A DNA stretch of 64,000 nucleotides from a virus (IMGVR_UViG_3300028197_001183:1-64000), one strand, 5' to 3'. Positions 26,232-35,246 are shown, counted from the stretch's first letter. Notes: generated by a model not told the origin, from the letters alone. Numbers and translations: made by a program.

Positions 26232-27895
26232 TGGTAATCCCACATATACGACATGTCGCCATACTCAGCAATAGATTCTCTTTCTGCGTTATGCCAGGTC
26301 TGTCCTTGTGGATCTACAGTAACCTCTTCTTGGAGACCATCATCCATAAATCCAAACGGTGCCATATCTGCTTCGATTGCTTCCTTCTGCTCCAGATACA
26401 TTCGCGTCCTGACATCGCTGTCATGCAGTTCTCTGAAGTAGTCTGAGGTCGCTAACCAAGAAAATATGACCAGACACATAGAGAGGTCATCATTACATCC
26501 TTCTTCGGCTTCCCATGCCTGTCCCTTCTGGATGAATGTAGTTAACTCAGCAATGATATCATAGTCAGTAAAGACAAGTTTGTCATCCTCAATCAACTGT
26601 TTCATGTTTGCACACCCAGTTTTCTTGACTGTGGTAGACATCTTGACACCTAGTTGCACCTTAGATCCAGAAAATCCCTGACCAACAACCTGCCCAGCAC
26701 GTCCACGCATGGATGACATCAGGAGGTTATCATACTCCAGATCAAACTGCATAATATCTGCTACCTGCCCACCAATATCATTAACTTCAATCAGGGTATA
26801 TGCATGATTGTAACTCGTGACTACCTGATGAATGATGTTGGGGAAGAGTAATGGTTTAATTTTATTGTTTCTATACTTTGCTACTAACTTATACGGGATC
26901 GTGGTAGTATCAAATACACAGAACGCTGAGTAATCTTTAGTTATACCACGAGCAACGTCCACAGTACATACATAAGTATGTTCGGGTTTAGGCTCTTCAA
27001 ACACATCTAGTCCTTGATTGGACTTCACAGGATCATCGTATACCAAAGTTTTTAGTTTAGATGATGTGATGAGAGTATTAACCGAACCTAGAAATTCACA
27101 TTCAAATTCCTGATTAAACTGCTCTTCGGACGTGTTACGAATAGTCTGCTCTTTCCATGCAGCATCTCTACCAGGCACCTCTGACCAGTGGACTTCTGTG
27201 GTAGTGTATTCATTCTTGCCCTTCTCTGCGTCATGCCAGAGTTTGTAAAACATATTCATCCCCTTGGGCGTGGAGATGATGATTACTTTGGTAGATTTAC
27301 CAGAACTAATAGTAGGATACACAGAGCTGAAAAACTCGTCAGCAATATGCGTTGGTATAAAGGCGAATTCATCCAGAAATATGATGTTAAAAGACATACC
27401 ACGGACGGCAGAAGCTGAAGTAGAAGCAGCCATAATCTTGCTTCCGTTTTCCAATTCGAGACTGCCCCTGTTCCAGTTGACAACTCCTTGTTGGAGCCAG
27501 TTTGGGAGGTTTTCATAGGATAGTTGCAAGCGTTGTAACATTTCTCGTGCCGTTGCTGCCTTGTTAGCAAGGATTGCAACGTTAACATTATCATTAAAAA
27601 TAATATACCACAGCAAATATGCAGTAACAACAGTTGACTTACCTGACTGTCGTGGCAGTTTTGCTATATTAAATCTATTTGCATGGAATCTTTCTACCAT
27701 CGACTCTTGAAAGTCGTATAACTCAAATGGAATCAGACCACGATCCAGCGAGATGATTTGGATATAGTTTTTAATAAAGTAGACAGGATCTTTAGAGCAC
27801 TTGATAAACTCTTTCACCTGATCATCGGTGAAACTTTGTGCTACGTTAGCTCTTTTTAGGTTGGGATTACCTAGATAGATTTCATTTTGACTCAT
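26228..27895 (-). CDS. g17: Terminase large subunit gp17
   Basis: YLGNPNLK, PRQSGKST, FLDEFAF, STPKG, DVARG, GCNDDL. Confidence 0.98.
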   Translation of the reverse strand: MSQNEIYLGNPNLKRANVAQSFTDDQVKEFIKCSKDPVYFIKNYIQIISLDRGLIPFELYDFQESMVERFHANRFNIAKLPRQSGKSTVVTAYLLWYIIFNDNVNVAILANKAATAREMLQRLQLSYENLPNWLQQGVVNWNRGSLELENGSKIMAASTSASAVRGMSFNIIFLDEFAFIPTHIADEFFSSVYPTISSGKSTKVIIISTPKGMNMFYKLWHDAEKGKNEYTTTEVHWSEVPGRDAAWKEQTIRNTSEEQFNQEFECEFLGSVNTLITSSKLKTLVYDDPVKSNQGLDVFEEPKPEHTYVCTVDVARGITKDYSAFCVFDTTTIPYKLVAKYRNNKIKPLLFPNIIHQVVTSYNHAYTLIEVNDIGGQVADIMQFDLEYDNLLMSSMRGRAGQVVGQGFSGSKVQLGVKMSTTVKKTGCANMKQLIEDDKLVFTDYDIIAELTTFIQKGQAWEAEEGCNDDLSMCLVIFSWLATSDYFRELHDSDVRTRMYLEQKEAIEADMAPFGFMDDGLQEEVTVDPQGQTWHNAERESIAEYGDMSYMWDYQ

Positions 27896-28490
27896 GTGGA
27901 AATGGTCTCCTGTTTTTTTCTTGTCCTTTTGCGTGTGCTTCTACAACCTCTTCCTGTCCAGGACAGAATTGAAAGACTGCGCTATACCTAGCAGCATATG
28001 GACAATGCTTTGTTGGTGCTCTGCCCCCATGGGGGACTAATCCTGGGAATATTACAATCCTTCCTGGTTTAGGAATGACTGTATCTGTGATTCGGTCGCC
28101 CATCATGAAGATAGTTTCACCGCCCCATTCAGGTATCCATGCCCTGTTAGTGTAGACAAGGAAACTTAATGCGTCTATTTCTTCCCCATCACAGTGGATA
28201 GCAGGACTATCACCAAAACGGAAAGCATTATAAACGACTCTGTGAAATGCAGGAATGGGTATCCCAGCGCGAAGAAATGCATGGTTTATACAAAAGAAAT
28301 CAAACTCCCCATAGTTGGGGTAGTCGATTGCTCTACCTAGTGAATAAGTGGAAAGGTTATCGTCTGGACTATCATCAAAGATGAGTTGCCATCCGTCAAA
28401 GTTGGTGAAGTATGTATCCATATAAAGGATCTCTTCATCTGTGAAGAGATCATCAATGACCATCACCTGATCATATTTAACAATATCCAT
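27882..28490 (-). CDS. 2OG-Fe(II) oxygenase (prolyl-4-hydroxylase-like)
   Basis: HCD...W..EWGGET.F...PKPGRIVIF.G.VPH...RYS. Confidence 0.85.
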   Translation of the reverse strand: MDIVKYDQVMVIDDLFTDEEILYMDTYFTNFDGWQLIFDDSPDDNLSTYSLGRAIDYPNYGEFDFFCINHAFLRAGIPIPAFHRVVYNAFRFGDSPAIHCDGEEIDALSFLVYTNRAWIPEWGGETIFMMGDRITDTVIPKPGRIVIFPGLVPHGGRAPTKHCPYAARYSAVFQFCPGQEEVVEAHAKGQEKNRRPFPHESK

Positions 28491-28951
28491 TATTCAACTA
28501 ACGTACCGTGCGCCCTCCGTATCTCTTTTAGTGCTTCGAGATTCATATCCTTAGTGCCACCATCATATGCGTGAGCATATCCTTCAGTAATCATTTGCTC
28601 GTTAAGGGACACATTGTCGTCCCCAATGTAAAGCCAACCCAGAAGACGCCCGTATTTCCCAGTGCCACCAACAAGTTCAGTCCTAACAGACAACTCATCA
28701 TCACCAGCCAACGTGCCTTCGAGTTTTTCTTTGAGCCAGTTGGTTGCGTCGATTCCAAGTGCTTTCTCCTCTAGGTTCCTCGTCCTTTTCTCTGGCGTAT
28801 CAACTCCAGCAACTCTAACTCTTTCTTTCTTGTATAGATCAAACCCGAGGTCAATAGTGACATCGATAGTATCGCCATCAAGAACACGATTGATCTCCGT
28901 CACTCGGAAGTTGTAACAACTTTTCCTGCTTGGGGGCGTCAGTCCTGCCAT
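28490..28951 (-). CDS. SNase/thermonuclease-like nuclease
   Basis: RVLDGDTIDV...RVRVAGVDTPE...GKYGRLLG...LNEQMITEGYA; start taken at MAGLTPPS. Confidence 0.88.
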   Translation of the reverse strand: MAGLTPPSRKSCYNFRVTEINRVLDGDTIDVTIDLGFDLYKKERVRVAGVDTPEKRTRNLEEKALGIDATNWLKEKLEGTLAGDDELSVRTELVGGTGKYGRLLGWLYIGDDNVSLNEQMITEGYAHAYDGGTKDMNLEALKEIRRAHGTLVE

Positions 28952-29087
28952 TTTCCAACTCTGCAAATGCTATTCTTAATATGTATATAACATAACCCAA
29001 TGCTAATCCAACAGCAATAATTACTAGAATAATTACTGACCATACAGGATAACCTGGGATATCAAGAGGACGCAATAATAAATTCAT
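28878..29087 (-). CDS. Small membrane protein
   Basis: PVWSVIILVIIAVGLALGYVIYIL hydrophobic segment. Confidence 0.6.
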   Translation of the reverse strand: MNLLLRPLDIPGYPVWSVIILVIIAVGLALGYVIYILRIAFAELENGRTDAPKQEKLLQLPSDGDQSCS

Positions 29088-29152
29088 TTCTTAAGATTGT
29101 GAAGCGAATAATACTCGCTAATGGCTTCATCGATAGTCTGTGCGATCTCCAT
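29084..29152 (-). CDS. Possible 22-aa ORF
   Basis: My translation MEIAQTIDEAISEYYSLHNLKK; ATGA-coupled to the next ORF. Confidence 0.4.
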   Translation of the reverse strand: MEIAQTIDEAISEYYSLHNLKK

Positions 29153-29273
29153 ATTCTTCTTCCCTTTCATCAACATCTGCATATGCATTAGTCTTAGCAT
29201 CTACAGAGGACATCTTCAGTATAATGAATATGATTGCCACAGGGGCTAAACATAATAGAAATTTTACATTCAT
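29127..29273 (-). CDS. Small membrane protein (48 aa)
   Basis: My translation MNVKFLLCLAPVAIIFIILKMSSVDAKTNAYADVDEREEEYGDRTDYR. Confidence 0.55.
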   Translation of the reverse strand: MNVKFLLCLAPVAIIFIILKMSSVDAKTNAYADVDEREEEYGDRTDYR

Positions 29274-29488
29274 TCATCAACATCCATATAGCGAAATTTG
29301 TAGTCCAATACTCCTTTATACAACTCATCTCTAAGTATGCGTAAGTGCTCCTGCTCCTCATAGGGACGAGCAGGAGCACCTGGCCACAACCTTATCGTTT
29401 CACACACACAGTGATAAAGTAAATATATGTCTTCAATATTCCATTCATAACCAAATTTACCTTCGTCATCCTTCGGATCGAATTCCAT
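29270..29488 (-). CDS. Hypothetical protein
   Basis: IEDIYLLY..V...WPG.PARP.EEQEHL..LRD; tiles with its neighbours. Confidence 0.7.
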   Translation of the reverse strand: MEFDPKDDEGKFGYEWNIEDIYLLYHCVCETIRLWPGAPARPYEEQEHLRILRDELYKGVLDYKFRYMDVDE

Positions 29489-29648
29489 GTTTTTTAGTGA
29501 ATGGTTCCCAATGACTCCATTGGTATTCGTGGACTGCCCACATTCCTATAATAGGGACAAAGACTAGCGTCCATGATAGGATGGCAATAGTCCACCAAGT
29601 ATTTAGTAACCATGCAGAGAATTGCCCTGCAGTGTGGAAAAAAGTCAT
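29466..29648 (-). CDS. Small membrane protein
   Basis: Trp-rich hydrophobic segment, ...GMWAVH..W.HWEPF. Confidence 0.65.
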   Translation of the reverse strand: MTFFHTAGQFSAWLLNTWWTIAILSWTLVFVPIIGMWAVHEYQWSHWEPFTKKHGIRSEG

Positions 29649-29845
29649 AGAAAATACTTTGATAGAACGTCTATACGCTCTTGCTCGTGAGCAATAACGT
29701 CTAATTGATCTTGAATAGCAGCGAGCACATCAGGGTGCTCACCAATACCTACTGGATTCTTAAGGTAGATCTCACAATTGAGTCGTGCCTTTTCGATGTT
29801 ACCTTCAGCATCAACGCGAAGTGCTTTAAGAATTTCGTTTCTCAT
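29645..29845 (-). CDS. Hypothetical protein
   Basis: G.IEKA..N.EIYL.NPVGIGEHPD pattern typical of T4-like marine phages. Confidence 0.75.
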   Translation of the reverse strand: MRNEILKALRVDAEGNIEKARLNCEIYLKNPVGIGEHPDVLAAIQDQLDVIAHEQERIDVLSKYFL

Positions 29846-29854
29846 AATTAATTT

Positions 29855-29938
29855 TTAATGATAGGCATTTTCTAGTCCCCATGTAACAGAATACACTACT
29901 ACCGAGATAATTGCAATTGCTTGTACCGCTAACCCCAT
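29855..29938 (-). CDS. Possible 27-aa membrane peptide
   Basis: My translation MGLAVQAIAIISVVVYSVTWGLENAYH. Confidence 0.45.
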   Translation of the reverse strand: MGLAVQAIAIISVVVYSVTWGLENAYH

Positions 29939-30078
29939 TTTTTCCATGGATCCTCGTTATGTAGGCAAGAATTTGGATGTACCCACCCTTTATTTAATTC
30001 TTTTAGATCTTCACGGAGCCTTTTATTTTCGAGTTTCAACATATAAATCTGTTGCTTTAACTTTTCAATTGGGGTCAT
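29929..30078 (-). CDS. Small coiled-coil hypothetical protein
   Basis: MTPIEKLKQQIYMLKLENKRLRE...WVHPNS..HN.DPW. Confidence 0.55.
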   Translation of the reverse strand: MTPIEKLKQQIYMLKLENKRLREDLKELNKGWVHPNSCLHNEDPWKKWG

Positions 30079-30280
30079 ACCTTTTTTTCCAAATCTCCAA
30101 GAAATACCTATCAACTTGATACAAGTCAGATTGGTGTGGTGGTAATCTATCTAGGTCTTTAGACCATAACTCACATATAGATTTCATTTCTGGATTGATG
30201 CCATTTGGTCGAAACATTCTACCAAAGGATGACATAGCAAACGCATACCTCATCCTAATGCGTTGATCGGTTAGGGGCAT
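30065..30280 (-). CDS. Hypothetical protein
   Basis: RMRYAFAMSSFGRMF...C..WS...LY.VDRYFL..WK. Confidence 0.7.
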   Translation of the reverse strand: MPLTDQRIRMRYAFAMSSFGRMFRPNGINPEMKSICELWSKDLDRLPPHQSDLYQVDRYFLEIWKKRYDPN

Positions 30281-30747
30281 GGTGCTAATGATCGAAAGAT
30301 TTTAGAGCACGTATCAACAGCAACTCTTGATCCATACACATTAGAGAAGATATATGCTATGCCTAACTTGGAGCAATACAATTCTAACTCTTTACATGAT
30401 GTGACATCAGCACTACTGAAATCAATGAGCACATCTCCCTCATCTAGTAGTGGCAACAACTCATCAAGTGTATGCTCTACTGATTCAGGTGGGACAACCA
30501 GCATAAAGATACCAGATTCAGTGAAAGGGACGGTCTCTCCTGACTTAATTCCATAGATTAGTTTTGTCTTAATCTGGGAAACTAGAAGTGGAATACTGGT
30601 GGTGCATCCACTAATGTATCCAGAATCATACTGCTCGCTTGACATGTCATAATTTCTTTGGTAAGAAAACACATCAATATTATCTGACATCATACGGCGA
30701 GCAATGCTCTCGCCCATACGACCCAGAGTAATCATCCCAACTTTCAT
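30271..30747 (-). CDS. Truncated, degenerate 6-phosphogluconate dehydrogenase N-terminal (Rossmann) domain
   Basis: MKVGMITLGRMGE...GYISG.TT...GIF.LVVP...LDELLPLL..GD..ID...IFRSLAP resembles the Gnd N-domain, but the GxG is altered, SGG is absent and there is no C-terminal domain. Confidence 0.75.
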   Translation of the reverse strand: MKVGMITLGRMGESIARRMMSDNIDVFSYQRNYDMSSEQYDSGYISGCTTSIPLLVSQIKTKLIYGIKSGETVPFTESGIFMLVVPPESVEHTLDELLPLLDEGDVLIDFSSADVTSCKELELYCSKLGIAYIFSNVYGSRVAVDTCSKIFRSLAPCP

Positions 30748-30751
30748 AATG

Positions 30752-31408
30752 TTAAACTGTGGAGTTTGCAGATTCCCAATCCTTCTGGAATTGATCAAGT
30801 CCCTCACGAGTCAAGACGTGATCATACATCTTCCAGAAGATCTTAGGTGGCATAGTAACGGTACTAGCCCCATAAGTATAGCACCTTGAGACGTGATGCA
30901 CATCCCTCAGGGACGCTGCAAGGATCTCAGTGGGCATCTGTTGCACACTAAATGCATTAGCAATTGCACGGACCAACTCAATGCCACTGAATGAGTTATC
31001 ATTACAACGACCAATGAAAGGAGACACGTATGCTGCTCCTGCCTTCGCTGATATCAACGCCTGCGCCACTGAGAAGATCAAAGTGACATTAACCTTAACA
31101 CCTTGCTCTGAGAGGATCTTACATGCCTTCAGTCCCTCAACAGTGCATGGGACTTTAATTGTAATTGCTTTGCCTAATAGAGCGTAGTGGACCGCTTGCT
31201 TAATCATTTCGTCAGCTGTCTCGGCAACCACCTCCGTGGAGACGCTAATTAGGTTTGGACATTCTTTCAGTAGTCTTGATGCTACATTATAAAGAGTATC
31301 ACCCGATCTCAAAATTAGTGTCGGGTTTGTTGTAACGCCATCGATTAAACCTGTGCTATATGCCTTCTGAATTTCAGAGACATCCGCAGTATCTAGAAAT
31401 ATTTTCAT
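30752..31408 (-). CDS. talC: Transaldolase TalC (auxiliary metabolic gene)
   Basis: MKIFLDTA, GVTTNPTL, IKVP, NVTLIFS, YVSPFIGR, LAASLR, HVLT..GL..F..DW. Confidence 0.96.
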   Translation of the reverse strand: MKIFLDTADVSEIQKAYSTGLIDGVTTNPTLILRSGDTLYNVASRLLKECPNLISVSTEVVAETADEMIKQAVHYALLGKAITIKVPCTVEGLKACKILSEQGVKVNVTLIFSVAQALISAKAGAAYVSPFIGRCNDNSFSGIELVRAIANAFSVQQMPTEILAASLRDVHHVSRCYTYGASTVTMPPKIFWKMYDHVLTREGLDQFQKDWESANSTV

Positions 31409-31458
31409 AATTTAATTAGACTGTAGCTATGTAGGGGGTTTATGCTACTCCAACATAT

Positions 31459-31746
31459 TCAAATATCAAGTTTTCCTAACTCCTCTAATGCATCCTTTCT
31501 TGCCTTAAAAGCACCGTCAATAAAACCAGCACGATATTCCCAAGTCTGTCCACCATCTTTCCCTTTCATAGGATTGATGCAGGTGGCGTCTCCATTCTTA
31601 TTGCAGACAAGACCAGCAAGATCTAATTCACTTTTAGCATATGATGATGCTGTGCCTCGGAACACATGCGTACCATTAATCCAAGTAGCACCACATTTAG
31701 GACATTCCTTTCTCTCTAGTTTGAGATCAGACAGTTCTTTAGTCAT
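31459..31746 (-). CDS. Cys-containing hypothetical protein
   Basis: CPKCGATWING.H...DLAGLVCN...CINP..G..GG.TW. Confidence 0.75.
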   Translation of the reverse strand: MTKELSDLKLERKECPKCGATWINGTHVFRGTASSYAKSELDLAGLVCNKNGDATCINPMKGKDGGQTWEYRAGFIDGAFKARKDALEELGKLDI

Positions 31747-31749
31747 GAT

Positions 31750-32019
31750 TTAGCAATTCCAAGCTCTTAAAGATTTATTTATTCTACTATCTGGATCAGA
31801 TGCTGTCTTCTTAGATGTGAGTTTCCTCTTCATCCCCGACATCCTCGCGCAAAAACTCGCTCTACGAGGGTTCCCAGTTTTCTTTGAAGGTCTTTTAAGA
31901 TCGCTTCCTGGGTTTTCACGCTCATACGACTTTCTACCTTTTTCATTCAGTCCACCTTCACTATTTTTACCTGACTTTTTCTGCCAGTCTTCAGTAATAA
32001 ATTCATCGAAGGATTTCAT
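31750..32019 (-). CDS. Basic protein with an N-terminal capsid-targeting-like sequence (DUF6321-like)
   Basis: MKSFDEFITE...GGLN.KGR...PGS.LK...RR.SFCARM...SRINKSLR.W.C. Confidence 0.75.
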   Translation of the reverse strand: MKSFDEFITEDWQKKSGKNSEGGLNEKGRKSYERENPGSDLKRPSKKTGNPRRASFCARMSGMKRKLTSKKTASDPDSRINKSLRAWNC

Positions 32020-32141
32020 TCTTCTTTATTGTTAGGGTTGTTAGCACAATTCTTCTCATGCTTATCCATCCACGTCTTGGGACGTTGGTGTCCAATGGGC
32101 ACTGTGATGCCACAGTATTGACACTTCTTAGTTTCAGCCAT
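32016..32141 (-). CDS. Small C2HC zinc-finger-like protein (41 aa)
   Basis: MAETKKCQYCG...KHEKNCANNP; GGAG upstream. Confidence 0.6.
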   Translation of the reverse strand: MAETKKCQYCGITVPIGHQRPKTWMDKHEKNCANNPNNKEE

Positions 32142-34209
32142 AATGATACGCTCCTTTAGTAGTTTTCTTAGGTAGTTTACCACTTCTAGCTTTGGTGCCA
32201 GAAGTTTCACCATACCCTTCAGGATGTTTGCCTGCTTTGGTCTTACCAATAGAATCAGACTTTGCTTTGCTACCCTTCTCAGTATAGTGAAGTTTAGCAG
32301 ACTTGTCCTTGTCCTTGGTGATCACGGATTCTTGCCCGTGCTTGCGTCCCATGCGACGCATAACTTTACCGAATCTGCGCTTACTCATCTTATCAGGTTT
32401 TGATGTCTGATAGGAAACCTCTCGACCAGTTTCTCCACTGTCATACTTGTATTCGCCCACGCCTTTCTTGTGACCGATACCATGCTTCTTCATATCCTTT
32501 TCGAGACCTTTACGTCCATCACGGTTCTTTTTTTCGTCAGACCCCCTGTCAGCACTGATGTGTCCAGTAACCTGAGTCTTTGACTTTTGCATCATACGAC
32601 CAGTACGATTACCTTCTGCAAGGAATGCACCGAATGAAAGTGTAGACACTTCCTCACGCTTGATACCACCGATCTTATCGAGTGCTTTACCGATTGCTTT
32701 ACCGATCTTGTCGCGCTTACGCTCTTTGGGTTTGATATTAGCACCCAACTTATTCAATCTGCTAGTAGCAGTGCCAGACTTTGCTGCCTTCTGACGTTTG
32801 GAATAGTCCATGTAGGACTCACCAGATTTCAGTTTCTTAGGATCTGCTTTAGGTTTTGCTGCATCAGCACGATCTTCACGAGCACGAGCATTAGCACCAG
32901 GACCACCCAGTTTCTTATCCTTCTCAGGATCTGGATGCCACATGTCAGCACGCTCAGTGATAGACTCTTCACCCAGTTTGCGTGCTACGTTACGAGCACC
33001 ACGGGAAAGGGATCTTGCACCAGCACCAACTGCTTTCTTGATACCACGCTTCAGTTTGCTACCAATTCTGCTGAGTAGACCAGGCTTCTTAGGACCTGAA
33101 TCACTACTGCTAGAAGAGGAGTCACTGCTACTGCTAGAAGAGGAGTCACTACTTGAATCGCTAGAAGAAGAGGACGATTGGGTGGAGTTATAACCACTCT
33201 TAGCGGCACTACCCATGTCTTTCGCGAGATTTTTCGCGTGTCCTGCTGCCTTACCAGCAACTGCAGCACCCTTAACAGCACCCTTACGTGCCAGTTTAGC
33301 GCCAGTCTTAAGACCAGACTTCAGTGCAGACCCAATTTTCTTAGCGGCACTCTTAACTTTAGAAAGTTTATCGGATCTTGATGAAGAACCACTTCCGATA
33401 CGACTCCTCGCTTCAGCACCAGCATCCTTGCCAGCACTCTGACCTTCACCAGAAGCAGCAGATGCCTTATCCTTCAAGCGAAGAGCATTGACCTTAGCGG
33501 GACTGGTAACCTCAGTAAGTAAACTCAGTGAATAGTCAACAGACTCACAGAGCATATTTGAGACGCTATCAATATCTCTACCTTCTGCCATCTCCTCAAC
33601 AAAGACTTCTGCCACGATCTCTTCAATAAGAGTATCGCTAAGGAGTGAGACCTCCCAATCATTCAATTCAGCAAAGATGTCAACTTGATTCCAGAGACTT
33701 TCTTTCTGTAGTTTAGCGGCTCTCTTTGCCTTAGTCTTAGCAAGGATACGTGCCTTTGCATCAGATGCATCTTGCTTAGAAATCATACTCACTGCGCCAA
33801 CCTTCTTGTCAACGTCACCAGGAGCATAACCTTCTACTTCAAGAGTCTTAGGGTAATCCTTAGATCCTTTCTTAGCAGGTTTCTCACCACGCTTACGCTT
33901 GGCATGAATATTTGCCCAGAGACCTGGCTTATTTCCTTCATTTGCAATACCGTCCTTTGGCTCAATGAAAGGACCTTCCTCTTCCTTAATTGCTTTGTCA
34001 CCATGCTTAGCACGGATGCTTGCCTTTACTTTCTCAAGTGCAGACATACCATCATACTTTTGCCCAGGCTTCTTACCGAATGTATTAGGTGCTCCAATAG
34101 GTGCTTTATTCCTACTACGAGCACCCATACCGCCACGCTCTAGTTGACGGTCTTTCATTTTATCGGATTCTTCCTCACTGAGGGAAGCGATGTCGGAAAA
34201 GGATTTCAT
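32134..34209 (-). CDS. Lys/Ser-rich modular protein, putative internal head polyprotein
   Basis: Starts MKSFSDIASLSEE; basic modules separated by hydrophobic-x-E motifs; TAAATA box at 34221-34226. Confidence 0.75.
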   Translation of the reverse strand: MKSFSDIASLSEEESDKMKDRQLERGGMGARSRNKAPIGAPNTFGKKPGQKYDGMSALEKVKASIRAKHGDKAIKEEEGPFIEPKDGIANEGNKPGLWANIHAKRKRGEKPAKKGSKDYPKTLEVEGYAPGDVDKKVGAVSMISKQDASDAKARILAKTKAKRAAKLQKESLWNQVDIFAELNDWEVSLLSDTLIEEIVAEVFVEEMAEGRDIDSVSNMLCESVDYSLSLLTEVTSPAKVNALRLKDKASAASGEGQSAGKDAGAEARSRIGSGSSSRSDKLSKVKSAAKKIGSALKSGLKTGAKLARKGAVKGAAVAGKAAGHAKNLAKDMGSAAKSGYNSTQSSSSSSDSSSDSSSSSSSDSSSSSSDSGPKKPGLLSRIGSKLKRGIKKAVGAGARSLSRGARNVARKLGEESITERADMWHPDPEKDKKLGGPGANARAREDRADAAKPKADPKKLKSGESYMDYSKRQKAAKSGTATSRLNKLGANIKPKERKRDKIGKAIGKALDKIGGIKREEVSTLSFGAFLAEGNRTGRMMQKSKTQVTGHISADRGSDEKKNRDGRKGLEKDMKKHGIGHKKGVGEYKYDSGETGREVSYQTSKPDKMSKRRFGKVMRRMGRKHGQESVITKDKDKSAKLHYTEKGSKAKSDSIGKTKAGKHPEGYGETSGTKARSGKLPKKTTKGAYHYG
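33104..33150. repeat. 24-nt-period tandem repeat encoding a poly-Ser linker
   Basis: CTACTGCTAGAAGAGGAGTCACT at 33104-33126 and 33128-33150. Confidence 0.85.
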
Positions 34210-34236
34210 GTTCTTCTCTTTATTTAATTAGTGTGA

Positions 34237-34770
34237 TCAACCACCAACCACTTGGACTTGCTCGACTACAACGTCGGCTCCTCCAGCAGTGAGTTTAACT
34301 GCACGCTTAAGTGCGGGGACAGTGCCTGCTGCAACCTTTGCAGTAGCCAGAGCATAGTCAGCACTTGCTGCACTACTGTCATAGTCAGTAGTGATTGTGG
34401 TATTAGAAACTGCAGTTACTTTCTTACCACCAGATCCAGCAGCTACAAAATCACTTGTAAACGCTGCATCACTATTTGCTTCAGTTGCAATATAATCGCC
34501 AACGGCAAACTTATGTGCGGGGGTGCCACCACCAAGGACTGTGATAACAGCAGCTGCTGCATCAGTCATCGCGTTGATTTGTGCATTCTTTGCCTTACCG
34601 CAAGACAGGAGCAGTGCTTCACCTGCTGCAAGAGTTACGGCAGGACCAGCATCAATCTTGATTGTGGACGCTGACGCTGCATAGCAGCGGAGGACACCTG
34701 ACTTCACCACAACGTAGCCAACGCCACTTGCAGAAATGGTTTGGGTGTCAATGACATTTAATACTGACAT
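34237..34770 (-). CDS. Probable virion structural protein
   Basis: Ala/Thr/Val-rich; ATAAATA late box at 34795-34801. Confidence 0.7.
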   Translation of the reverse strand: MSVLNVIDTQTISASGVGYVVVKSGVLRCYAASASTIKIDAGPAVTLAAGEALLLSCGKAKNAQINAMTDAAAAVITVLGGGTPAHKFAVGDYIATEANSDAAFTSDFVAAGSGGKKVTAVSNTTITTDYDSSAASADYALATAKVAAGTVPALKRAVKLTAGGADVVVEQVQVVGG

Positions 34771-34793
34771 TGTTAATACGTACTCCTACGATT

Positions 34794-35246
34794 CTATTTA
34801 TCGCGTTGTTGTTTTAGAAACTTGGCGAGATCTGCTGTGCTACCTACAAACATGGTATTGTTTGTAGTGTTAACTTCTTTAGTAGATCCTTTTGGATTTT
34901 CGATATCGTTGACTTTCTTTTGAAGGTCTACGAGTTTATCCGCCACGTCGCCAACGTGCTTGATCAATTGACCAGCAACCTCAAACGCACGAGGTTGATC
35001 GGATTGTTGTGCTAACTCAAGAATTCCATCTACTGCTTCCTGACCTTTTTCGATCAGAGAGTATAAATTACCACGAGTATACTCATAGTCTTTCTTCAGT
35101 TGATCCCGCGTAGAGGTAGGATCCTCTACAGGCACAATAGGTTCGGGTTTTGTTTCAGGGACGATTTCGCTAGAGACATCGAGTGCTTCCTCAATGCCGT
35201 CATACTTACTCGTCTTGTCCTGTGACTGGGTTGTAATCTTTTGCAT
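34794..35246 (-). CDS. g16: Terminase small subunit gp16 (start uncertain: ATG 35246/35252 or ACG 35213)
   Basis: DYEYTRGNLYSLIEKGQEA..GILE.A...PRAFEVAGQLIK...MFVGSTADL. Confidence 0.9.
   Translation of the reverse strand: MQKITTQSQDKTSKYDGIEEALDVSSEIVPETKPEPIVPVEDPTSTRDQLKKDYEYTRGNLYSLIEKGQEAVDGILELAQQSDQPRAFEVAGQLIKHVGDVADKLVDLQKKVNDIENPKGSTKEVNTTNNTMFVGSTADLAKFLKQQRDK

Noticed and set aside
33100-33180. CRISPR-like or regulatory repeat
   Set aside because: Two in-frame 24-nt units encoding poly-Ser, with no spacers.
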